A DNA stretch of 54,708 nucleotides, taken from positions 1-54,708 of the IMG/VR virus record IMGVR_UViG_3300035670_000266; one strand, 5' to 3'. The notes beneath the pieces are model-generated. The model did no database searches, was not told the origin of the DNA, and saw only the letters and a program-made list of their open reading frames with translations. Positions within the stretch are counted from its first letter, which is position 1. The number at the start of each line of letters is the position of its first letter. A program made the translations under genes and the position numbers. This document shows, in pieces, positions 32,599 to 43,048 of this stretch. The stretch is from a virus. Taxonomy: Duplodnaviria; Caudoviricetes.

Positions 32599-34158
32599 AT
32601 GCCAACATTCGAATATACTAATCCAGGAGAATATACTGTTGCTATTCCAGGTAATGCTGTTAACATTACAGCAGTTGTTCGTGGCGCTAGAGGCGGCAGG
32701 GGTGGTACTGATGCTGGGGCTCAAGGTGGTCCTGGTGGAGTAACGACTATACAAAATTTTACTTTTACTCAAAATTTTGTTACTAGAACTGTAAGACTTT
32801 GGGTTGGTGGTGCTGGAGGAAATGGTGTAGATAGTCAAGGAAGTGCTGCTGGTGGTGCTGGTGGATATGGATTAGTTAGCGGAGGTACTGGTGGTAGAGC
32901 TGGATCTCCACCATTCTCTGGCGGTGGAGGAGGCGGAGGCGGAGCATCTGCTGTCGGTGTTGATGGTAGTGGTGTTTATATTGTTATGGGTGGCGCTGGC
33001 GGCGGCGGAGGTGCTTCTGACAATAGATCTGGTGCTCAAGGTGGATTTCCATCTGTTTCTGCTACACCAACAACTTCAATTTCCCCAACAGCAGGTGGAA
33101 CTGGACAAAGCCCAGGCGGATCTGATGGTGGTGGTGGCGGCGGCGGCGGCGGTGGTGTCCCTGGCGGTGCTGGTGGTATTTTTGGACTTGATAATAATAG
33201 AGGTGGCGGTGGTGGATCTGCTGGAACATCAGCATACAACGTAAATTTTGTTGTAGCTGGAACTGCTACTAGTGGTCAAGGTTCATTTAACGGATATGTA
33301 TCTATTTCATATGATATAGCTAATCCTGCTATTAGCACTTTTAATGCTAATCCAAATCCACAAGGAAGTTTTAATGGCATTCCTCAGTATTCTACTACTT
33401 TAAATTGGAATACAGTTAATGCCACTACTGTTACTATTACTAGTTCTGCTGGAGAAACTTTTAGTAATCTTTCTGCTGGTGGTAGTTTAAATATAACAAA
33501 TTTAGCACAGTCTGTAACTGGTAGTAATAGTCCTAGAATTAGAAGTTATACATTAACAGCATCAAATCCAGGTGCCACCACATCTTCTACTATAGAAGTC
33601 CAAGCTTATAACGATAACAGTCCAACAACTTCTTGGACAACATCATTTAGTAATTTAGAACCATCTACTGAATACGAATTCTTTATTGGTAAATTGTCTG
33701 GAGTAGATATGCCAACAAATATTTCTGTTTCTGGATCTGGCAATTTTGTTGGAAAAAGTTTTGGAGGTCAGTTCACAAGTTCAGCTTTATTCAATGATCA
33801 AGATAATGTTATATTGAAATTTACTACATTACCATTTAATACTGATATATCTGGAGAAACAGGAATATATGGCAAGTCAAATTCAAAAACCGTGCCAGTT
33901 ACTGCTGGTACACAATCATTTAATGTTACTGTAACTACAAGACCTCCTAGAATTGCTGAAGATTTTAATTATTTTGACAATCAAGGTCAATATCCTTATG
34001 AAGATATTGATTTAATTACAAATAATCCTGTAGAATACTTAAATACCGCTATTGTAACTGCTGATGATATTGAAGTTCCAGTCGAGATTAAAACTGACAA
34101 TCCTGATATACAAGTGAGAATAAATAATGGTACTTGGACTAACATAAGGCAAATCTAA
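32599..34158 (+). CDS. Gly-rich tail-associated protein, paralog 3 of 3
   Basis: Poly-Gly N-terminal domain; same C-terminal module. Confidence 0.75.
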   Translation: MPTFEYTNPGEYTVAIPGNAVNITAVVRGARGGRGGTDAGAQGGPGGVTTIQNFTFTQNFVTRTVRLWVGGAGGNGVDSQGSAAGGAGGYGLVSGGTGGRAGSPPFSGGGGGGGGASAVGVDGSGVYIVMGGAGGGGGASDNRSGAQGGFPSVSATPTTSISPTAGGTGQSPGGSDGGGGGGGGGGVPGGAGGIFGLDNNRGGGGGSAGTSAYNVNFVVAGTATSGQGSFNGYVSISYDIANPAISTFNANPNPQGSFNGIPQYSTTLNWNTVNATTVTITSSAGETFSNLSAGGSLNITNLAQSVTGSNSPRIRSYTLTASNPGATTSSTIEVQAYNDNSPTTSWTTSFSNLEPSTEYEFFIGKLSGVDMPTNISVSGSGNFVGKSFGGQFTSSALFNDQDNVILKFTTLPFNTDISGETGIYGKSNSKTVPVTAGTQSFNVTVTTRPPRIAEDFNYFDNQGQYPYEDIDLITNNPVEYLNTAIVTADDIEVPVEIKTDNPDIQVRINNGTWTNIRQI

Positions 34159-34404
34159 ATGACTGTTCGTAGAGAAGTAAGACTAGATAAAATAGAGTGG
34201 AGACCTAATTTAGATCCATCTGTCAAAGTTCCACATACAACTCCTCCAGGGCAAATAGGAGTTACTAAAATAGTAACTACATACGAAGGTGATGAGATTG
34301 TATCTACAAACATTCTACAAAATTATTATAAAGTGACTGATGATATTTCTGAGGAAGACGAAATAGTTCAAAAAGCAGCAAAATTATTTTGGAGCGAAGC
34401 ATGA
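34159..34404 (+). CDS. Hypothetical protein
   Basis: 81-aa ORF abutting previous stop; ATGA overlap with next ORF. Confidence 0.65.
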   Translation: MTVRREVRLDKIEWRPNLDPSVKVPHTTPPGQIGVTKIVTTYEGDEIVSTNILQNYYKVTDDISEEDEIVQKAAKLFWSEA

Positions 34405-34586
34405 GTAAATTTCCTGTTGTGTATGATATGGATCCAAATGATCCATATTACAAATCTAAAGTGTTTAAATTAGAAGATCTCGATGAAAATGAAAAGGTTG
34501 AGATCTCAGCTGACAAACCAATTCAAGTTAGAATTAATAATGGTCCTTGGATTGATGTTAGACAAGCAGACCTAAATAATCTGTAG
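34401..34586 (+). CDS. Mini-protein carrying only the terminal motif of the three paralogs
   Basis: VEISADKPIQVRINNGPWIDVRQ versus VEIKTDNPDIQVRINNGTWTNIRQI; ATG 34401 preferred over TTG 34389. Confidence 0.7.
   Translation: MSKFPVVYDMDPNDPYYKSKVFKLEDLDENEKVEISADKPIQVRINNGPWIDVRQADLNNL
34571..34578 (+). promoter_or_regulatory. T4-type late promoter (CCTAAATA)
   Basis: TAAATA core 34 nt upstream of ATG 34613. Confidence 0.55.
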
Positions 34587-34612
34587 AAATAGTATTTGTG
34601 ACAGAGTAATCG

Positions 34613-37600
34613 ATGCCATTTAGTAGTTCTCCCGTATTAGTTGGTAGAAATGATCAAATACAGGTTCGTTATCCAACACCAGATTTCTGGAACGAGCAAG
34701 TTACCGTTCAGATAAAAATTGGTAACGGACAAGATCCTGATGGTATCACTTTTGGTACTAAGATTCCTGATGCAACACCAGATTCTTTTACTTTTACAAA
34801 TCAATCTGGATTTACTGGTGCTTTTAATGGCACTTCAAGTAGTGGTTCTACAAGTACTTTTCAAAGAAATACAACATACTATTCTCAGGTAATTGATATT
34901 ACTGGAATTGAAGTACCAATTCCTGCCACTATTTCTGCCGTATCTAGTGGACCCAAGAATAATAATACTGCTAATACTACAGCAGCTTTTAGAATCTACA
35001 GAAATGGATCTTTCTTAACAGGTTGGATTACATCCAGAACTGCTAATTATGTTACTCCAGGTGATAGTGGTTTACAACCTGGAGATAAGATTCAACTTAG
35101 AGTTACTACTCCAGATTGGTATACAACAGCGACTACAGTTACTTTCACAGTTTCTGATGAAACTTGGGGTACAAATATTGGACAACCAGCTGCTTCTTTC
35201 TCTAGAACATGGTCTATTACAACTAGAGCACAAGATCAAAATATTCCTCAGTATAGTTTTACTGATCAAGTAGATGTTAAAACAGTAGCTGATGGTGGAC
35301 CCGATTATCATTATCAAGATATTACAATAAACAACATCGATGGAGATGCTGTTTTAAGAGCAACCTCAACGGGTAATTTACAAGTCAGAAAAAATGGTTC
35401 TGGATCTTGGAGCACATCGGTAACTAATCTGGTATTGAACGATACTCTAAACACTAGATTATTGAGTGGTCCTGGATATACAACAAAAACAACTGGAGCA
35501 CTGGATGTTTTTGCTGTTGGTGGGGATACTTATACCTCTGGTGGAAACTCATACGAGAATAATATATCTGGAACTTGGGGATCTAGTACATATGCTGTTA
35601 CACAAAGTTTAGGAACTATAACTGATAACTGGCAGGCGTGGACTGAAGTAGATCGATATCCAAATGCCATTTCAGCTTCACCTATTTTTACATATGGTGT
35701 ACAACCTACGGTAACAGTTGCTAGTGGAGGATTTTCTGCTAACACAAACTATAGTCCAACTGGTGGTAGTGGATCTGGGATGGTCGTTAAGACTGTTGGA
35801 AATAATACTACTTTTGGATTTGGTGTAGTTGTTGTCGATCCTGGTTATGGTTATCAAATTGGTGATACACTTAGCGTAGCGAGTCCTGTGTCTGGAATTC
35901 CTCCAGCACAATTTGTATTGTCTGAATATCAGAAGATAAATGTATCTACTACATCTACTAATGCTGTAGCAGAACCAGGATTTATGTACTTTGCTGATTT
36001 TAATGTCAGTGGATTGGGTACAGAATATTCAAGTGGTTCTTATAACGATTTAGAATCTCCTATTTCTGGACTAGTTAATACTGTAGCAGTTGCTCAAAGT
36101 CGTGTTAATACTTTGAATGGATCTACAGTACAAATGACTGCCATTATTGATGGCACTGGTGGATTTATTAGAAAAAATAATAGCGGAACATGGGTACAAC
36201 AATTAACTGTACAAAATGGTGATGTAATTAATCTCAAAGTAGCATCAAGCACTACATATGGAGCTAGCGTTAATGCTTCTGTTAGATTAAAAGGTCCGCC
36301 AGATGGAAATCCAACAACAGGAAATCCAACTGGTGGACCATCTACAGCAACGTTTGCTGACAAAACAACCACATTATCATTAACGACACGAGCGGAAAGA
36401 TCGACTCCATATCCATTTCATGCTGAAGCAGTTTATCTTTCAGATCCTGGTGAGCAACATGTTGCTCAGGTTTATTTTTCTGGATTAGATGTTGCTACGA
36501 CAGCGGTTATTCAAAGTGGATCTGGATCTTTAAGTAGAGATGGTGTTAATTGGGGTAATAATATTACTGTACAACCAACAGATCAATTTATTTACGTAAG
36601 ACAAAATGCGTCTAGTTCTTCTGGTGGATTAGCACAGTTAACATATAGAATTGGAACATACAGCGATACATTTAGAATTTACACTATTCAATCTAATGTT
36701 CAAGGAGAATTTATTACTTATAGTCAAACAGGAGATGCTCAAAATAATTTTGTAGAATATACATTGCCAGATTTTGCTGGATACTTATTTTATCTTACTT
36801 TAGTTGGAGCTGGCGGCGGTAAAGGTGGGGATGATGCTCCAAATAGTTATGGTGGTCCTGGTGGAGCTGGTAATACACTAAGAGTTCAAGTACAAATACC
36901 AGATTCGGCATGGCCTTTAGATGGTGGTGGTAGTCCAGATAGAAAATTGAGAATATATGCTCCCGATCACGGTAATGATGGAAGTAACTTTGTACAGGGA
37001 TCTGGTGGCGGATTGGGTGGATTTGGGTATTGTTATGGTGGTGATGGCGGTAACGCTGGTCCTAGCGATAAATCAGGTGGCGGCGGCGGCGGCGGCGGAG
37101 CAGCTGCTATAACATTTTCTAATAATGTTTTGATCGCTATGGCAGGTGGCGGCGGAGGCGGAGCAGGTGCTGGTAACGATACAACAATTCCTGCTGCCAA
37201 TTCATACGGTAATTATGGAAGCAATTATGGTACATTACAAACCAGTACTGTTAATTTAAATCTTCCTGGTGATGATGGTCCAAATGCCACTGGAGAGGGT
37301 GGTGGTGCAGGTGGTGGTGGCGGTGGTTATGATGGTAATGCTGGTGTTTTATTAACACAAAAATTAGATGCTAGTGGTGGAGTTATTCAAACATCAGATT
37401 TAGATGCTACTGGTGGAACTGGTGGCGGATCATACTACAATGCAACATATTGTACACTTGTTTCTGCTGCTGCTGTGTCTGGAGATGGTGCTGCTCCTGG
37501 AGAAGCTGGTGCTGTTTATATTGAATTCCCCCAACAAGATATTACTCCAGATCCATTCTCTTTCCCAGATTACGAGGGTGCTGATATTGGCGAAACTGTG

Positions 37601-40384
37601 CTATCAAATATTGTTCAAATTACTGGCATTACTGGACCTGTCCCCGTTACAGTAAATGCTCCTGGATTTAGTGCTGATATGAGACTATGTTCAGGATCTA
37701 CTGCTGCTACTTGTGGATCTTTCAACAGTAGTATTTCTATTACAAATGGTCAATATCTTCAGATTAGAGCAATCGTTGGGAATCAATATAATAATACATA
37801 TACAGTTACGGTTTCTATTGGAACCGTAACTAATCAATGGAATATTAACACTGGACCACCACCAGATGATGAACCAGCTCCATATTTCTTTCGAGACGTT
37901 GATAACGCTAATATCAACACGGATACTTTGAGTGAGACTGTAACTATTTCTGGTATTAATGTTCCTGTAGTTGTAACAGCAACAGATGGGGCGTATGTTT
38001 CTATTAATGGTGGTTCTTTTGTTGATGGTGATACTTCTCCTGAATCACAAAGAACAATTACTAACGGACAAACACTACAAATTAGATTAACATCATCTCC
38101 AGATTTTCTAAGTTCTGTGTCAACGTCAATAACTGTTGGCACTGGTGATACAGCAGTGTGGACTGTAACAACAGCAGAAGAAAAAGATAGTGTTCCTATT
38201 GGATTTACTTGGATTTATAAACTTGGAGCAGATTTGTTAACAACCTATGAAAGTAATACTATTATTATGAAAGGAATTGAAGTGCCAGTGGATTTTATTG
38301 TTGAAAGTGGAAGTGGAGATGGAAATCCTTCTGGTCCTTTACCAAGAATTAAAGTCAATGATGTATTACAACCAGTAGGAGTCACTCAAGTAACTATAAA
38401 CAATTTTGATACTGTTGCTCTTGTTTATACTACTTCGAATGTTATTGGCGAAACTAGAATTTTTAATACAAAAACTGGATTGGCGACATCTACGGTTGGA
38501 TATTATGAAACAGAGTGGGGAGTTGTAACCGCTGGTCAATTTGGAACTACACCAACAGCATTTGCTTTCTTGACAACTTTAGCAACTGCTCCTAATGTAT
38601 ACACAGAAGCTAAAGATTCTGGTGGTAATGTTCAGGTAGTTACAATTAGTGGATTGTCAACAGGAATTTCTATTGCTTTATTTGGTAATAATAATATTGA
38701 GTTTAATATTAATAATGGTGGATACAACATTTATACTTTGGCATCTCCAGCTAACGTTTCTAACGGAGATACATTTAAAGTTAGATTAAGATCATCGGCA
38801 ATTCAAGGATTTACTAGATCTGCTCAAGTTTATGCTGGATCTTTTAGCACTACATTTAATGTACAAACACCAGCAGCGGTTCAAGATCCTATTTTTGGCC
38901 AATGGTATAGTGCTATACAACCAGTTAAATATGTTGGATCTCAACAAGTGAGGTACAGTACAAAATATGATGGATTGCCAGTAGCATCAATGATTCCTGT
39001 TTTCCAAGATGAAACTCAAGAAGACGGGTGGGGCAATTTAGATGGTAGTCTAGCTTCCAGATTCCATGGATGGTTATATTGTGATGGAGGATATTATGAT
39101 CCAGCAGATTATCCAGCATTGTATGAAGTAATTGGAACCAGTTATGGATCTAAATCTGTGGGTGGTGTTGTTTATTTTAGACTTCCAGATATGAGAAATA
39201 GATATCTGAAAGGAACTGGTGTTATTGATGGCAACTCTCTTGCTTCTCCAGGGTTAACCCCAGAATATAATAGAACTAAACAATCTGGTGCTCCTGGTAA
39301 TGAAGAACCAGGATCATTTGGTGGCATGTGGTTTATCGATACTATTGCTGATCCAGGGGCAGAATTGGAGCAAGTAGAGACACCAGCAACTGGACAACCA
39401 GCACAAGAATCTCAATTCTTTGGTATTGCTCAGGTAACTACCACTGGATACACTGATGTTACTGGGTTGATAGAATTTCAAACATATGGTAGCATTGATG
39501 TTCCTCTTAGCTTGGAAGGAGATAAACAGTATGATATACCATTACACTTTCACGACTTAGTTACTGGTGTTGCTGATCCAGGAAACTTCAAGGGAAGAAT
39601 TAACTGGAATGGTAGAGGTGGTGCTGGCGCTGACATTGCTGCTACAACTAACAATATTATTGGTACTAATAGCGCCCAATTTACAGCAGATACATCATTC
39701 TCAATTAATTTGTGGGGATATGCTGTAGCAAATTATACTTTAGATAGTAGTAATCTTCCTGATTCTTTATATTGTGGTGGTACTCCAGTTTGGTGGAATG
39801 GTAACGTTAGTTTTTATAATGGAAATGCTTTCATGTCTGGCGCTGGATATGAAGGTGCTGTTATAGCATCAACTGGACAATACGCAAATGTTACGGTTAC
39901 TCAAAGTTCTATTACTGTCGGAAGTTCAAATTATAATGAAATAAACACATATATTGATCTAGATACTAAACCTTTCTCGGGAACATCTGGAGCTGTTGGG
40001 TCTGACAACGCTTTGAAATTTGTTGGTGCTCTTGATATTCCGAGAAAAGATGTGACAGTTAAATCATATAATCCCCCATCTAAATTAAAACATACTCATT
40101 ACCTTTCATTGACTGCTATCACAGATACAAATACTGTTTATGGATACGGCAATAATGAAACTGGTGGAACAGCAAGTGCAGGATTACAGAGTTTTGTTGG
40201 TGGAATCAATACTACAGTAGATTTGAATTTCTCTGCTTTAGACATTGGTATCCAAGTTTTACCTGGATCATTTACATTGTCTGAAACTAAACAACTTATT
40301 CCAACACCAGAATTTGCTCCACAAGAGAAAGTTCCTTTGCTTACTCCGTATGTTTGGACTAAGTGGTTAATCAAAGCATTCTAA
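34613..40384 (+). CDS. Large tail fibre protein (repeated Ig-like modules, Gly-rich domain, collar domain, HxH tip)
   Basis: Repeated TPDxFxF-type modules; HGWLYCDG...YPALYEVIGTSYG...FRLPDMR collar; HFH and HTH; C-terminal WLIKAF. Confidence 0.8.
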   Translation: MPFSSSPVLVGRNDQIQVRYPTPDFWNEQVTVQIKIGNGQDPDGITFGTKIPDATPDSFTFTNQSGFTGAFNGTSSSGSTSTFQRNTTYYSQVIDITGIEVPIPATISAVSSGPKNNNTANTTAAFRIYRNGSFLTGWITSRTANYVTPGDSGLQPGDKIQLRVTTPDWYTTATTVTFTVSDETWGTNIGQPAASFSRTWSITTRAQDQNIPQYSFTDQVDVKTVADGGPDYHYQDITINNIDGDAVLRATSTGNLQVRKNGSGSWSTSVTNLVLNDTLNTRLLSGPGYTTKTTGALDVFAVGGDTYTSGGNSYENNISGTWGSSTYAVTQSLGTITDNWQAWTEVDRYPNAISASPIFTYGVQPTVTVASGGFSANTNYSPTGGSGSGMVVKTVGNNTTFGFGVVVVDPGYGYQIGDTLSVASPVSGIPPAQFVLSEYQKINVSTTSTNAVAEPGFMYFADFNVSGLGTEYSSGSYNDLESPISGLVNTVAVAQSRVNTLNGSTVQMTAIIDGTGGFIRKNNSGTWVQQLTVQNGDVINLKVASSTTYGASVNASVRLKGPPDGNPTTGNPTGGPSTATFADKTTTLSLTTRAERSTPYPFHAEAVYLSDPGEQHVAQVYFSGLDVATTAVIQSGSGSLSRDGVNWGNNITVQPTDQFIYVRQNASSSSGGLAQLTYRIGTYSDTFRIYTIQSNVQGEFITYSQTGDAQNNFVEYTLPDFAGYLFYLTLVGAGGGKGGDDAPNSYGGPGGAGNTLRVQVQIPDSAWPLDGGGSPDRKLRIYAPDHGNDGSNFVQGSGGGLGGFGYCYGGDGGNAGPSDKSGGGGGGGGAAAITFSNNVLIAMAGGGGGGAGAGNDTTIPAANSYGNYGSNYGTLQTSTVNLNLPGDDGPNATGEGGGAGGGGGGYDGNAGVLLTQKLDASGGVIQTSDLDATGGTGGGSYYNATYCTLVSAAAVSGDGAAPGEAGAVYIEFPQQDITPDPFSFPDYEGADIGETVLSNIVQITGITGPVPVTVNAPGFSADMRLCSGSTAATCGSFNSSISITNGQYLQIRAIVGNQYNNTYTVTVSIGTVTNQWNINTGPPPDDEPAPYFFRDVDNANINTDTLSETVTISGINVPVVVTATDGAYVSINGGSFVDGDTSPESQRTITNGQTLQIRLTSSPDFLSSVSTSITVGTGDTAVWTVTTAEEKDSVPIGFTWIYKLGADLLTTYESNTIIMKGIEVPVDFIVESGSGDGNPSGPLPRIKVNDVLQPVGVTQVTINNFDTVALVYTTSNVIGETRIFNTKTGLATSTVGYYETEWGVVTAGQFGTTPTAFAFLTTLATAPNVYTEAKDSGGNVQVVTISGLSTGISIALFGNNNIEFNINNGGYNIYTLASPANVSNGDTFKVRLRSSAIQGFTRSAQVYAGSFSTTFNVQTPAAVQDPIFGQWYSAIQPVKYVGSQQVRYSTKYDGLPVASMIPVFQDETQEDGWGNLDGSLASRFHGWLYCDGGYYDPADYPALYEVIGTSYGSKSVGGVVYFRLPDMRNRYLKGTGVIDGNSLASPGLTPEYNRTKQSGAPGNEEPGSFGGMWFIDTIADPGAELEQVETPATGQPAQESQFFGIAQVTTTGYTDVTGLIEFQTYGSIDVPLSLEGDKQYDIPLHFHDLVTGVADPGNFKGRINWNGRGGAGADIAATTNNIIGTNSAQFTADTSFSINLWGYAVANYTLDSSNLPDSLYCGGTPVWWNGNVSFYNGNAFMSGAGYEGAVIASTGQYANVTVTQSSITVGSSNYNEINTYIDLDTKPFSGTSGAVGSDNALKFVGALDIPRKDVTVKSYNPPSKLKHTHYLSLTAITDTNTVYGYGNNETGGTASAGLQSFVGGINTTVDLNFSALDIGIQVLPGSFTLSETKQLIPTPEFAPQEKVPLLTPYVWTKWLIKAF

Positions 40385-40387
40385 ATA
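40380..40387 (+). promoter_or_regulatory. T4-type late promoter (TCTAAATA)
   Basis: TAAATA 40382-40387 overlapping the stop codon, upstream of 40404. Confidence 0.5.
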
Positions 40388-40403
40388 GTTAATAAAATTA
40401 TAG

Positions 40404-41345
40404 ATGACGATGGCTTTTAATCCTGACGATTTTAAATTTGAAAGAATTCTACCTCCAGAAGAAATGAAACCTATTTTGGAGTGGGATGCTTTACATCGCT
40501 TGATTCTCGTTAGAGTGAAGGAAAAGGAAGAATGGATTTATCTAACAGCAAAGTTAGATCCACAAGTCAATAAAAATTTACACGATCACCTACCAGATGA
40601 ATGGTCTCACGAGAATGATCGTATTGTTAGTTTTTCTATCTATGAAGATGGCACCTATCTTTTAGAAAAAGAGAAACTTAAGTTTGACTTCGACAAAAAA
40701 ATGTCTAAGTGGGTGAGATATGAATATAAAGATTTAGATGTAGCACAAGTTAAAGAAATATTTGAGATTCTCAAAGCGGCATTAGCAGTACAACAACTTG
40801 ATAATGAAATTATTAAATCAAAAGCTATCGTAGATTTAGCAACTAGAGAAGAATATTTTGAGCAAGTTGAAGAAGATAAAATTAGAAAAGCAAATAAACT
40901 ACTAAGAGCATCCGACTGGACTCAATTACCAGATGCTACAGATACTTTCCCTGGAGAATTAGAATTGTGGAGTAAGTATAGAAAGTTCATTAAAGAAAAT
41001 GTAAAAAAACCATCTGATTTTGATGACGTTTTAGATTTTCTTATTTACGATGAAGAGTTTAGATGGCCTATTGATCCATTTAGATATCATGAAATAGATC
41101 CTGAACACGAAACAGAATATCTTACATCCAATGAACATTTTACATATATTGTTGAAGGTTCGGGAACATTTGCTGCTGAAACTCTGCTTGGCAATATCAA
41201 ACAAGCAGCAGCATATGAACTACAGAGACAGCAAGAAGGTGGTATTTCAATCCAAAAACAAATTTGGGATAAAGTTCAGCAATATAAGTTGAACGATGGA
41301 TTAACTGGTGCTATTATTGATAATATAAAAGTAGAGGGAATTTGA
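40404..41345 (+). CDS. Tail fibre assembly chaperone-like protein
   Basis: NKLLRASDWTQLPD...W.KYR...WP motif; follows the fibre gene. Confidence 0.7.
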   Translation: MTMAFNPDDFKFERILPPEEMKPILEWDALHRLILVRVKEKEEWIYLTAKLDPQVNKNLHDHLPDEWSHENDRIVSFSIYEDGTYLLEKEKLKFDFDKKMSKWVRYEYKDLDVAQVKEIFEILKAALAVQQLDNEIIKSKAIVDLATREEYFEQVEEDKIRKANKLLRASDWTQLPDATDTFPGELELWSKYRKFIKENVKKPSDFDDVLDFLIYDEEFRWPIDPFRYHEIDPEHETEYLTSNEHFTYIVEGSGTFAAETLLGNIKQAAAYELQRQQEGGISIQKQIWDKVQQYKLNDGLTGAIIDNIKVEGI

Positions 41346-41346
41346 A

Positions 41347-41727
41347 ATGTACGTTACAACTAGAAACTTTATGCAATTTTTGGTGGAGTACACCAAATCT
41401 CTTAATACTACTATTGTTTTGCTGAGAACTATTGGACCAGATAATGTTAGCGATGCTGATAAAGCAAATGCTATCTATTCTGCTTATTATATGAATATGC
41501 AATCTGAGAATCCAAAGATTTTTGATACAATGCTATACAATGAGTTTACATTTGTTGAATTCTCGGATGAAGAAAGTGCTTGGGAGTTCTGTAGAGATAA
41601 CTTTCCACTCAATAGAACTATTGATGACGATTACTTTGTTCAGTATGTAATTTATTCTAATGGTAATTATCTTCGTGGCAATGATGGAAACACTGGGTTG
41701 AGGGAACCGCCCCCAGAACCAGTTTGA
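41347..41727 (+). CDS. Hypothetical protein, last gene of the tail operon
   Basis: 126-aa ORF followed by a terminator hairpin. Confidence 0.75.
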   Translation: MYVTTRNFMQFLVEYTKSLNTTIVLLRTIGPDNVSDADKANAIYSAYYMNMQSENPKIFDTMLYNEFTFVEFSDEESAWEFCRDNFPLNRTIDDDYFVQYVIYSNGNYLRGNDGNTGLREPPPEPV

Positions 41728-41774
41728 AAAGTGGCACAGGGGGGTCTTCGGACCCCTTTCTTGTGCCCTATAAT
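41717..41774 (+). promoter_or_regulatory. Phage early-type promoter, copy A (palindrome plus TATAAT)
   Basis: acca-gtttgaaaag-TGGCAC; TATAAT starts 37 nt after the start of TGGCA. Confidence 0.7.
41741..41762 (+). terminator. Intrinsic terminator with UUCG tetraloop
   Basis: GGGGTC-TTCG-GACCCC followed by TTTCTT. Confidence 0.8.
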
Positions 41775-41798
41775 AATGACATCATCAGCGATGACCCC

Positions 41799-43046
41799 GT
41801 GATTCCGACTCTCCGTCCCTATCAGCAGCGTGTCCTTGATATTATGGCATCTGCTACTCATGGTCAGATTGTTTCCCCCACTGGCAGCGGCAAGACTCTT
41901 TGTATCATCAAAGATGTTGAGCGTCGCCTTAAAGATGCTACCCACAAAGTTGTTGTGGTGGTGGCACCGCGCATCCTGCTCGCTAATCAACTGTGTGAAG
42001 AGTTCATCACTGCCCTGAATGGTAGTGTTGAGTTTGTTCCTGGTCATGTTCACAGTGGTGAAACTCATCACTGGTCTAGCACCAAACCCGATAAAATTGC
42101 TTCCTTTGCTGAGCTTCGCCTTGTCTGTAATACAAACGTTGTACTTTTTACTACCTATAACTCTCTCCGTCGTGTTGTTGAGTCTGGTATTCCTATTGAC
42201 GTTATATATTATGACGAAGCACACAACGCTGTGAAACGTAACTTCTTCGAGTCTGTTCTCGAAGTTGACGCTACCAACTACTATTTCTTTACTGCCACTC
42301 CTAAGCACACTCGTAATGCTATGGGTCGTGGCATGAACAATAGTCTGGTCTATGGTCCTGTTCTTGTCAACATCCCTGCTCCAGAACTTGTCAACAACGG
42401 AGCTATTCTTCCTCCCGAAGTTTCTTCGTATGAGGTTGATTTCGAACGTATCAAGGGTCAATTTTCCTACGAGAATGACCGTGATATGCTCATCAATCTG
42501 ATCGATGACATTGATGCTCCTGGCACCAAGATTCTGGTTGCTGCTCCTAGTAGCAAAATTATGTTCAGTCTGCTTAGCAAGACTGACATTCTCAACCAGT
42601 TCCATGATCGTGGTTACGATGTGCTTCACATCACCAGTAAGTATGGTGCTTATGTGAACAAAACCAAGGTAAACCGTGAACAGTTCTTCGACACTTTCAA
42701 CGCTTGGGGTAAAGATTCTAACCGTAAGTTCGTGCTGTTTCACTATAGCATCCTGTCTGAAGGCATCAACGTTCATGGTCTGACTCACACGATCTTCCTC
42801 CGCCAACTGGACATTATTCAGATGGCACAAACTGTAGGTCGTGTAATCCGTCTTAACAAAGATGACGCTGCTGACATCGCTTGTGGTAAGATTATCCCAG
42901 GCAAGTTCGATATGTACCGTAAACCGTCTGGTAAGGTGATCGTGCCTGTCTTCAAGAACTACGGTTCTGCTACCATCAAGCGTCTACAGTCGCTCGTAGA
43001 CACCATCTTTGTTAAAGGTCTTCCTGCCATCTCTGTCACTGCCTGA
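41799..43046 (+). CDS. SF2 DEAD/DEAH-box helicase (ResIII-like)
   Basis: LRPYQQ, PTGSGKT, DEAH, FTATP, LSEGINV, QTVGRVIR; start moved to GTG 41799, downstream of the promoter. Confidence 0.9.
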   Translation: MIPTLRPYQQRVLDIMASATHGQIVSPTGSGKTLCIIKDVERRLKDATHKVVVVVAPRILLANQLCEEFITALNGSVEFVPGHVHSGETHHWSSTKPDKIASFAELRLVCNTNVVLFTTYNSLRRVVESGIPIDVIYYDEAHNAVKRNFFESVLEVDATNYYFFTATPKHTRNAMGRGMNNSLVYGPVLVNIPAPELVNNGAILPPEVSSYEVDFERIKGQFSYENDRDMLINLIDDIDAPGTKILVAAPSSKIMFSLLSKTDILNQFHDRGYDVLHITSKYGAYVNKTKVNREQFFDTFNAWGKDSNRKFVLFHYSILSEGINVHGLTHTIFLRQLDIIQMAQTVGRVIRLNKDDAADIACGKIIPGKFDMYRKPSGKVIVPVFKNYGSATIKRLQSLVDTIFVKGLPAISVTA

Positions 43047-43048
43047 TT

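Noticed and set aside
33127-33157. GGT/GGC triplet run (also near 37076-37100) as a possible phase-variable microsatellite
   Set aside because: Encodes poly-Gly in Gly-rich fibre domains with mixed codons; unit changes would stay in frame.
29398-40384. Possible diversity-generating retroelement or invertase shufflon acting on the fibre paralogs
   Set aside because: No reverse transcriptase or recombinase in the window, no adenine-specific template/variable repeat pair seen, and all cassettes have the same orientation.
41724-41798. N-terminal extension of the helicase given in the ORF track
   Set aside because: It spans the terminator and promoter; GTG 41799 just before the LRPYQ motif is more plausible.
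41667-42830. 387-aa minus-strand ORF
   Set aside because: Antisense shadow of the helicase; explained by codon bias, no recognisable motifs, and all credible genes are on the + strand.
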